A stretch of 64,000 bases of DNA, taken from NCBI GenBank assembly GCA_010093605.1, contig MU004199.1, positions 1,375,533 to 1,439,532 of the forward strand, in the 5' to 3' direction. The position numbers and the translations under genes were made by a program. How positions within the stretch are numbered: the first letter of the stretch is position 1; each line of letters opens with the position of its first letter. This document shows positions 37,069 through 46,126 of the stretch, piece after piece. The notes beneath the pieces are model-generated. The model searched no databases, was not told where the DNA came from, and worked only from the letters and a program-made list of their open reading frames with translations. The stretch comes from Lophium mytilinum. Lineage: Eukaryota.

Positions 37069-38525
37069 ATGCGGCCGTCAATCTACGCTGTTTTCGCTCT
37101 TGTGCTCGGCTCGACGACTACGACTGCTCGTTGGACGGGCCCAGGCCATCCTTCGTGGGACTTGAGAGAGTTCAAGACTATTGTCACCTTTGGAGACAGC
37201 TACACCGATGAAAACCGCTTGGGTTACTTTGGTACCCACAATGGCAGTGCACCGCCAATAGGGTGGGAAGAGCCAATGGTAACATTCAGTTTCGTCCAAT
37301 CTCATCATTCCAATTCCGCCACGGCCTTCTCTACGCACTTCAAAGTCATTGAGCGTTTCTCCCCCTTCTTTTACTGCTACCATAAGCATACTGAAGAAAA
37401 GCTCAAATATACGTACCAGTATTTTCACGTCGGAGATTTTCGTCACCCTTCACGTGATTGATCTCATTGGACAGCCTCCTCTCAATCCATCAGTCTTTAG
37501 GCCTAGTCTCGTTATACGCCCTCTCTCGGTTGATCTAATCTCCACCCATCTTCCTCAATGTCAGCCTCGCATCCACTAACACCCCCAGTCTTTCAACACA
37601 GCCGGCGGCGGCATCACCTGGCCCCGCTGGGTCTCCATCTACACCGACGCCATCCTCTACAACTACGCCGTCTCCGGCGCCGTCTGCTCAAACGCTCTCA
37701 CACCGCGCACCTGGGACACCATCCACGCCCCCTTTCCCGACATCGCCGGCTACGAGCTCCCGGCCTTCATTGCTGACGCCGCATACACCGTTGCCGCCAC
37801 CACATACGTCCCCGCCCACCCCTTCCTCTCCATCGCACCCCACTCCACCGTCTATGCCACCTGGATTGGCACCAACGACCTCAACGCCTACATCACCGAC
37901 ATGCAGGTTGCGGGCAAGACTATCGCAGACTACATCGACTGCGTGTATGCGGCTTTCGATGGCATCTATGCGGCTGGCGGGCGCTACTTCATCCTCATGA
38001 ACGCCGCCCCACTGCAACTCGCGCCACTGTACGCGACGCCCCAGAACGGGGGCCTGACGAAGAGCAAGTACTGGGGCGACAAGCCGGCGAATATCACCGA
38101 GGTCAGCTACCGGATGTGGGAGATGGTCGTTGGTGTGAATGCCATCTTTGCAGCTCGCACGCCGTTGGAGTTGTTGATTAAGAGGAGGTATCCAGGCGCG
38201 CGGTTTGCTATCTTTGACGTCAATTCTTTGGTTCGTACTCTATCTCAAGTATTTACTTCCTCGTAGCGTTGTTGCTTATTGAGTACAGATCACAGACATC
38301 TGGAACCACCCCGAGACCTACCTCAACGGCTCTGCGACTGCTAATGCGACGGGGTTTGTGCAGCACTGTGATCTTGTTAGTGGGAATTGTACACTGGATC
38401 AGAGCCCAGACTCGTTTCTGTGGTTTGACGAGCTGCACCCAAGCCAGCAGGCGGATCGAGTGATCGCGAAAGCGTTTGTAGATGTCGTAAAGGGGCAAAG
38501 CAAGTGGGCGACGTATTGGGCGTGA
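37069..38525 (+). CDS. Secreted SGNH/GDSL hydrolase, carbohydrate esterase family 16-like acetylesterase
   Basis: Signal peptide, FGDSYTD, NYAVSGA, WIGTND, FLWFDELHPS; introns 37279-37588 and 38231-38288. Confidence 0.88.
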
Positions 38526-39938
38526 TCTGCGAGCTTCGGATAGCTCGAGTCCCGGTGAAAGCGTGATTTAGGCCGAGGAGAGGGGGATGTGGGAGTTTAA
38601 TAGGGAATGATGAGTGCGGCAGATCTCCCCAGAGTTACCCAGCAGAGAGCAGTTCCAGAACATCTAATGAGTATCCCATCGAAAAACAGACCATTTCCAC
38701 GCTTCCGAGTCGCCTTCGCCTTTCAATTTCGAATGGCGAGGATGATGGACAGTTGAGTGATGCGAAGGGGCGATCACGTGCCTCAAATGCCCCGGACCCT
38801 TCTCCGTCATCCAGGGTATAAAGACCTCTCGTGCACTCGCTACTCTTTCCTCATGAAGAGCAATAGTTGTGGTGGATGCTTGGAATAGCCATGCAAGTCA
38901 GGCATTATGGTCTGCCCTTGGCGCTCGTCAGAGGATTACAAACACCACCGGTAAATACATCGCATGGCTCGGGAGAGGGTTTCCAGGCTTTTCTCTTCAG
39001 GCCGCTGATGCTCAAAGCCACAACTCAAAGACTACAGAGAGCAGCCTCATGAAGGGAATCCGAATATCACCACTAGAGACCTAATTCGTCATCAAAGAGC
39101 TTCGCAACTCTTCCGCATGTAAGGGAATGGTGCTGTTCATCACCGTGTTTCTTCATTTCCCTCTCCACAACGCACACAACGCACCTCCTCTATAAGGACT
39201 TGAGTGACACCTTTTATTCATCACCGCACCACACCACCACGCCATGGACGACATCTTCTTGAGGTGTTGATAATCCAGGACATGATCTCTCTCCTTGTGT
39301 CGGTTTGAGCGCAAAAGTCGCAGCACGACCCATGAGGAGATTGTTTAGGCTCTTTTGCTGCCACTCGAAATTATGCCCACCCATAAAGAAGATCAATCCC
39401 CCCTTCGGGTTGAGAGAAGATTTAATACCCTGAGGGATGAGCGATCACGTGATCTGATACTTTCAATGTGACTAGACTCCCATCCCAGCCCCTCGCGCTT
39501 AACTTGAGCTGAATTCATCTTCCACGCGTACAGCATCTGCTCCCATCATAGCCCAGACGATTTAGCGCGCTACCATTTAACTCGAGATGAGATGGACAAC
39601 GAACCCGGCACGCCATCAAAACAGACCGCTCCCAAGTGATCATCCTCAACAATCCTTGCCCAGACGTCGTCGAAATAGACGATTTCAAGGCGTTCAGTAC
39701 TAGCCTGTAAGTCAGCACCCGTACATCTTCCAAAGCATGGCTCGAGCCTCGCCCACTTGAGCCCGTGACTCAAACCGCAGTCTGATTCCATTCCTAAAAA
39801 TCTAGACGTTGTGTTTGAAACCCACGCAGCGACAGACAGGTGCACAAACAATTTTCGTGTCAGATAGTATTGTGTGTAGAGAGATCAAGAGCGGGTAATG
39901 TATTAGCAAGAATATTCCTTTTATAGATGTTGTTGAAA

Positions 39939-39969
39939 TATAGCGGTTTTTCTCCCTCACACACCTCCG
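39939..39969 (+). repeat. Left terminal inverted repeat (includes probable target-site duplication bases)
   Basis: TATAGCGGTTTTTCTCCCTCACACACCTCCG, exact reverse complement of 43760-43790. Confidence 0.93.
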
Positions 39970-40420
39970 CTGCCACACCTCCCGCACGGCCCCGCACGGC
40001 CTAGCGCGCCCGTGAGAGGAAAGGTTGGTGTTAAGGCCCCTGTACGCCACCAATTTAACGCGTTAGCACGGAAATAAGATGGCTTATATAATTCCTTTAT
40101 AAATAGTATAGAGTATAGTAAGCACTATACTTAGTATAGTACTTACTACACCTTAATAATCGCCGTATAAGGTTTAGAAGGAGGGCGTAGTAGCTTAGCG
40201 TATAGGTAGAATTAATATTAGATATATTATATATTAATGCGTTGCGTATACTATTCTAATTTATACCTATATTTTTATTAGTATAAGTTATTATAGTAAT
40301 TTAAATAATCTAAACTAGCTACTATATATAGGGCGTAACCTATATATATCTATAGGTACCTAATTACCCTCTCTCTACCTTACGCGGCCGGTATATAATT
40401 CTTCTATACCTTTTAGCTAA

Positions 40421-40540
40421 TAACCTTAGGCCTATAAGCCTTCTTAGCCTTAGGCCCGTAGGCCTTCTTAACCTTAGGCCTATAAGCCTTCTTAACCTTA
40501 GGCCTGTAAGCCTTCTTAGCCTTAGGCCTATAGGCCCCCT
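40421..40540 (-). repeat. 24-bp tandem repeat x5 inside the transposon
   Basis: Unit TA(A/G)CCTTAGGCC(T/C)(A/G)TA(A/G)GCCTTCT; minus frame reads AYRPK(A/V)KK. Confidence 0.9.
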
Positions 40541-40825
40541 CTACTTTATAATAGCACGGGCTATAAGTATTATAATATATATAATATTGCGCTATAGAAT
40601 TTAAGTTCTCTATAGAGGTAATAGTAGTATACGCTATAACTATACTATAATAATAGTTAGCTAAAAGTATATATAATTACTTTATCGCCTGTTACTTTAA
40701 TACTTATAAGCTTACTAGCCCTAACACTGCCGCTATATTATAAGATATATTAAACTTATCTAGTTTCTCTCTAGTATATTTTATAGTTAACTACTATATT
40801 AACGCCCTTACGGCCGCCTATTATA

Positions 40826-41990
40826 ATAGCTTTATCGCCGCTAGTTCTAATTATAGAACCGCGCGCGCTATAGGCTGCGGAACTAGGCGCGCCTTAAGCT
40901 GTAGAAGTAGCCGCGCTAAAGGGTAAAGAAAAGGCTACACTATAGAGGAAGAGAAAGGAGAATAGAAAGGCTATAGAGAATAATAGTAAGGCTAAGAAAA
41001 ATAGAGAGAATAAGCCTATAATAATAGATAATAATAATAATAAGAAGAATAATAAAAAGGATATACCTTCTTCTACCCCTACTAAAATAGCAGCGCTAAA
41101 GAAATAAGTAGCCTCTAGGAAGGCCGCTAAGGCACCTATAGATAAGAATGTTACCCTAATTACTAGTAAAATTTATAAGTTCTATATAAATAGTAGAGGT
41201 AAGTAGAAGATATATAGTAAGTCTATAGAATAGAATAAAGGCCTCTAGCTTAATATAGCTACTCTCTTTATTACCCGTAAAGAGTTATATATAAAGGCTA
41301 CTTTAAATAAGTTATTTTATAAGAATATAATAATTAAGTATAAAAAGAAACTAGCTTTTAAACTATTCTACCTCTATTAGATAATCTTTAGCGCTAAGAA
41401 TAGTATATATAAGAATAGCAGCCTAAAGATTCTTAAGGGCTAGATAGGCTACTAAGAGGCCTATCTTATAGGCTGGAATAAGGGTATAGGGCGTAAGAAT
41501 CTAGATTAATTTAATGCGCAAGTTAATAATATTATTACTATAGTAAATAAGAAGGCTTTAGATAAAAAGAAATTAATAGAGAAGCTTAATAGAGAGAAGA
41601 AAGAGAAGAATAAGATAGCTATTAGCTGCCTCTAGCGCGTGGTAAAGAGAAAGAGAGAAGAGAAAGAGAATAGAGAGAAACGCGTGGTGCTATATACTAG
41701 TATAAACCCAGGTGCTTCTTACTATTAAGCTATAGTAGACGCTTAGTATTCTATAGAGGCTATAAACTAGCTATTTAACTGCTATTTTAATACTATAGTG
41801 TCTTAAGAGGCTATCTAATATAAAGAGAAAAAGAAGAAACTAGAAATAAGGCGCTATAAGCTTAAACTTTATAAGAGGATAGTTTCTAGGCTAGCTAATA
41901 TTACAGGACTTTACTAGAAGATATAGAAGAACCGTGCTAAGTAGTAGAAGGTAAATAATAACCTATAGGTAATAATAAGGTAGCTATTAG
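40826..41990 (+). pseudogene. RIP-inactivated second ORF of the transposon (putative Harbinger accessory/DNA-binding protein with coiled coil)
   Basis: One purine-rich frame was followed by hand from ~40826 to ~41660, broken only by TAG/TAA stops explicable as CAR/TGG/CGA transitions; K/N excess matches G-to-A of E/D codons. The end near 41990 is approximate and domain identity is inferred from element architecture. Confidence 0.6.
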
Positions 41991-42249
41991 AGTATAGAGA
42001 TAGGTAGAATAGGCAGTAGATTAGTATAGAAGGTTAGATTTAAGTATATTAAAAGAGCCTTAATAAGAGAATCTAACTAATTAGTAGCTGCTAAGCTAGG
42101 TAGATGCAAGAATAAGGTTTAGGTAATAGTAGGTAGCAGCGGGTTTAGTAAGAATCTATATATTCTTATTAGCAGAGTTTAAATTAAGTAAATTACTAAG
42201 AGGCTATTAGTATATACTAGTATAATTTTAATACTTCTATTCTATTCTA

Positions 42250-43600
42250 TAGCCTAGAAACTACCTACTTTCTATATACTACTTATTTTTCTATATATAA
42301 CCTATTTTCTATATACTACCTATTTTCTATAGCCTTATTCTTAGGCCCGTCTTCTACTATATCTATACTAAGATACTCCTCTATAGACGGCGGCTTATAA
42401 TTAAACCGCTTTATAATTAGATCTACTATACCCTAGAGGCACATTAAAATATTATAGAAGAGTACTAATACTATAAAATACGCGGCAAGCGGCTAGCTAC
42501 TATACTAGAGGCTCTATTTAAGATAATTATATATAAATAGCTATTTAATCTTTCTAAAGGTATTCTCTACTATAATTCTAGCGCTGCTAAGCTTATAATT
42601 TAACTATAGTTACTTATAGCTTAACTATCTAAACCCTCTCTAATTACTCTATAGAGGAATATATCTATAGCTTTCTTAGTACGCATTATTACTATATAAA
42701 TATAATACTAGCCTACTAATAAAGAAGTTCTAGAGCCTTTTAATTACTTCTAACTATAAATAGATGTCCTAATTATTACTTAGCGCTAGAAAGGGTAGAG
42801 AGATATAAGAGGCAAGCCTATCTAGTATTATAATAGACTAATATTTTAGTCTATTTTCTTTATAATATCTAGAGTATATAGTAAGCTAGCGTTAACTATT
42901 CTTAGGCCTATAAAACCTAAAAAAAGTACTATCTATAGAGCCCTATACTCTACCTCTACTATAGCTCTACCTTTTAAGGGCTCTAGCGTACCTCTTAAGC
43001 GTTATATACTTATTAAGCTAAGGCCTTTAATATAGTAAATTCTTCTACTTATTATATAGCTACTTAATTAAGCTATTAAAAACCTTTAATATCTAGAATC
43101 TACTGCGCCCTATATACATTACATGCGAGTAGTACCTCTCTAGGTATGCTAGGCGCTTAGCTATAGTATATATTACTTTTTTAGGCGTAGTAAAGTATAT
43201 ATTAAACCTTATCTTTTTATCTATATTAAATAATATAGGTGCTAAATATTAGATTTTATGCAGGCGGAATCTAATAAACTATTAGCTATAGTATTAAAAT
43301 AGAAAGGCTGTAATATCTTAATAGTAAGGCTATATAGCCCTACTATATATATACTTACTAAGTCTCTTAATAGTAAACCTCCTTATCTATATTATTAAGA
43401 TTCTACTTAAAATTAGGTATTTAGAAGTGCGCACGCCTATCTAGGGCTCTAACACTATGCTAAGCCTTATAGAGTTAAGCTTTCTATTAATTTAAAGCTG
43501 CCTAGAGTAGTAGAAACCTATTATTAAACTTATTATTACTTATATTTATAAAAAACCTTAAAAAAACAATTTCTAGGTAGTGATTTTTCAGCCGCGGAAC
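42250..43600 (-). pseudogene. RIP-inactivated DDE_Tnp_4 (PIF/Harbinger/HARBI1-like) transposase
   Basis: Same-frame motifs V*GSIDSTFFRFYRP (about 42905-42948; ancestral WGxIDGT...RP), YSRYYKENRLKY*SIIILDRL (YSG...K...LKYQ...PDG), YLYSNNAY (about 42679-42702; YLYGDxAY) and NYKLSSARIIVENTFRKIK*LF (about 42535-42600; N..LS.AR..VE.AFG..K..F). Gene ends approximate. Confidence 0.85.
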
Positions 43601-43759
43601 CTTAGCTGAAAATCCTGTTAATATTGCCCTATTTAGCTAGCTAAACTATAGGGACCCCCTCGCTATATTCCTTGTACACTAAATACACAGCTAACCTTAA
43701 TTTATATAGGCGTTACGCCCGTGCGAGGCCGCTAGGCCTCATCCGGGGGGGTGTTAGCA

Positions 43760-43790
43760 CGGAGGTGTGTGAGGGAGAAAAACCGCTATA
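43760..43790 (-). repeat. Right terminal inverted repeat
   Basis: CGGAGGTGTGTGAGGGAGAAAAACCGCTATA. Confidence 0.93.
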
Positions 43791-44566
43791 ATAGAGCAGA
43801 ACCACGTGGCGGCATGTGGCGCGTGGTGAAGCACAAACGCAATTTCAACGTGCGACCGAAATCTTCGACAAATTTCTCACCAGGGGACGCACTGCACACG
43901 CCGGTCATCAAATTCCACTTCCCGAAAGAGCCGCTCGGTCCTCACGCGAGAAGAGTGTTCACATTACTGAATATCTGACGTTGGCAATATCGGGAGCGAT
44001 ACTCTAATCAGAGACTCCGAGGGGCAAACGAGTGGCAAGACATCCGTGGATGTCACGGAATGGACGACGGGAGAATACGAGATATCGTGGATCAGGTGCC
44101 TCGTGTCGCTATCTTTAGCACACTCCCAGTACACCCAAAGGATTACTCGACATCCCGTCCTCGTAATCAGAATTGATTTCCATCCCATTCTAGAACCAAT
44201 ACACCACTTCCCCATATCACACGAGACACAGACGCGCCAATCACCGCAGAACAAGCAAAGAACTCAAAAATAAGGAGTGTAAGAAGTTGGATATGATTAA
44301 TTTCCATAACATGTACTTTTCTATGTTTCGCATCATCACCAAAGATGCTCAATTCAATATTTCTTCCCAAGAAATTCCAATACAACGCCGCGGCTATATG
44401 CAGATGATACCGACTGATATTAAGGAATGGATGAGCGGATCACATTATCCCATGAAAATCGCTAGTAGTTTAGGAAATTCGTAGATGGGCTCTTATTATA
44501 TCCCGCCTGTTGATACTATGTTTCCAAACGCCGTGTCATGATTCTGATCCGAGCTAGTTCATGCGT

Positions 44567-46126
44567 TTACCATCCGTTGCCGTAGTAGCCAGTGGGCTTC
44601 GGGCCGGTGCGAGACGAGCTGGCAACGACGCTAGAGTGGTGGCCGGGCTTGGTCGGGTATAGGACGGGGCCGGTGGAAGAGGGGATTGGTCCAGTGGAGT
44701 AGCCGCTGGGACCGGTCGGGGGCTTGACCCACGAGCTAGGGGTTGCACCGACTGAGACGTAGGTGGTTGGCGTCGGCTGGTCGGTCACCGTGATGCAGGT
44801 GGTTGAGCCAGACTCGGTGATGGTGTAGGTCTTCGTGATGCACTCGAGGCAAGGCTGGGAACCACCGACGGTGACGGTGACGGTCTCGGTGGCGGTTGGC
44901 GCCGGGCAGGTAGCTGGGTAAGAGGTGACGATCGGAGGAAGAGTCACCGGCGTGGCTGAGGCTGGAGGAGTGTTGGCCGGGGTGACCGAAGCTGGAGTCG
45001 GAACGGGGGCATAGGTGGACTGGACGGGCACGACCGGGGGCAGAGAAGAAGGCGTCTCTGTTGGGTAGACGACGGTCTGAGTGCTGTAGGTCTGGGTGAT
45101 GTAGGTCGGGGTCAGGAAGGTCGAGTAGACCTCAGAGTGTCCGTTGTTGCCGACCGACGTGGAGCAAGGCACGAAGCTGGTGTAGACAGTTGTGATGATC
45201 GTGGGGACGGTGACGGGGTGGCCTGATGGGTGCGATGGCGGCGTAACGACCGAGGGAGTCGGGGTTGGCTGGTGGTGGCAGCCGCCCGCGCAGGAGGTGA
45301 TCGTGATGATCGAAGTGGTCATTGTCGTGATGACTTTAGTTCCCACCGTCTCGGTGACCGGGCAGACCGTCGTAGTCGTGTAGGTAGTCAGAGTCTCGGT
45401 GGAAGGACCAGTGGAGATCGGCGCGGTTGGGTGCGGCGGCTGGGAGTGAGGCGCGGTTGGGTAATGCGGCGGCTTGGAGTGTCCACCGGTAGGGTAGTGC
45501 GGCACGGACGAGCTCTCGCTGGTGGGATAGTACGGCTTGGACGAGCTCGCGCCAGTGGGGTATGCAACACTGCTAGACGGAGTCGGGGTCGCAGAGTGGT
45601 GGCATCCTTCCTTGCAAGAAGTGACCGTGATGGTTGAGGTCGTCACCGTGGTGATGACCTGCGTTCCAGAGGTGTGCGTTACCGGGCAGACGGTCGTTGT
45701 CGTGTACGTGGTGAGAACCTCAGTGCTGACGCCGGTAGAGAGCGGCGGGGAAGGATGGCTGTATCCTACTGGAGAGGAGCTGGGGACGCCTGTGGACAGC
45801 GACGATGAAGGGTGGCCGTATCCCCCCCATGACGAGCTGGAAACGATTGAAGACGACGAGTAGACAGTGCCTGAGCTGGAGTACGGGGTCGACGAGGAGC
45901 CGGGGTAGTGGACTGATGAGGACGGAGTAGAGGAAGCAGAGAGAGACGAAGATGGCGAGGATGATGGAGATGAAGATGGCGTGTATGCGGAAGTCGAGGA
46001 AGAGGACCAGGACGACTCGGCGGTTGGGTATGGCTGCCCATAGCCGCCGTTGCGAGGCCACTCAACTACTGGGTTGGCAGCAGCAGCGCCGACCAGAGCC
46101 GCAAAGGCCAAGGAGACTGAACGCAT
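44567..46126 (-). CDS. Secreted Ser/Thr/Pro-rich cell-surface/cell-wall glycoprotein with Cys-containing Thr-rich repeats
   Basis: ATG 46126, signal peptide MRSVSLAFAALVGAAAA; two copies of STExLTTYTTTTVCPVT...TTSxITxTSCxxGCHH; intronless, 519 aa. Confidence 0.85.
   Translation of the reverse strand: MRSVSLAFAALVGAAAANPVVEWPRNGGYGQPYPTAESSWSSSSTSAYTPSSSPSSSPSSSLSASSTPSSSVHYPGSSSTPYSSSGTVYSSSSIVSSSSWGGYGHPSSSLSTGVPSSSPVGYSHPSPPLSTGVSTEVLTTYTTTTVCPVTHTSGTQVITTVTTSTITVTSCKEGCHHSATPTPSSSVAYPTGASSSKPYYPTSESSSVPHYPTGGHSKPPHYPTAPHSQPPHPTAPISTGPSTETLTTYTTTTVCPVTETVGTKVITTMTTSIITITSCAGGCHHQPTPTPSVVTPPSHPSGHPVTVPTIITTVYTSFVPCSTSVGNNGHSEVYSTFLTPTYITQTYSTQTVVYPTETPSSLPPVVPVQSTYAPVPTPASVTPANTPPASATPVTLPPIVTSYPATCPAPTATETVTVTVGGSQPCLECITKTYTITESGSTTCITVTDQPTPTTYVSVGATPSSWVKPPTGPSGYSTGPIPSSTGPVLYPTKPGHHSSVVASSSRTGPKPTGYYGNGW

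Larger units (their letters stand above)
39939..43790. mobile_element. RIP-mutated PIF/Harbinger-type (PHIS-group) DNA transposon, apparently full length (~3.85 kb)
   Basis: Sharp AT/TpA-rich block depleted in CpA/TpG; 31-bp perfect inverted repeats at both ends; degenerate DDE transposase motifs readable on the minus strand. Confidence 0.88.

Noticed and set aside
33113..38525. Possible secondary-metabolite cluster around the LaeA-like methyltransferase
   Set aside because: No backbone enzyme (PKS/NRPS/terpene synthase), tailoring set or transporter in the window.
39802..43978. Two ORFs sharing the peptide RRCVREKNRY
   Set aside because: Artefact of translating the two terminal inverted repeats, not genes.
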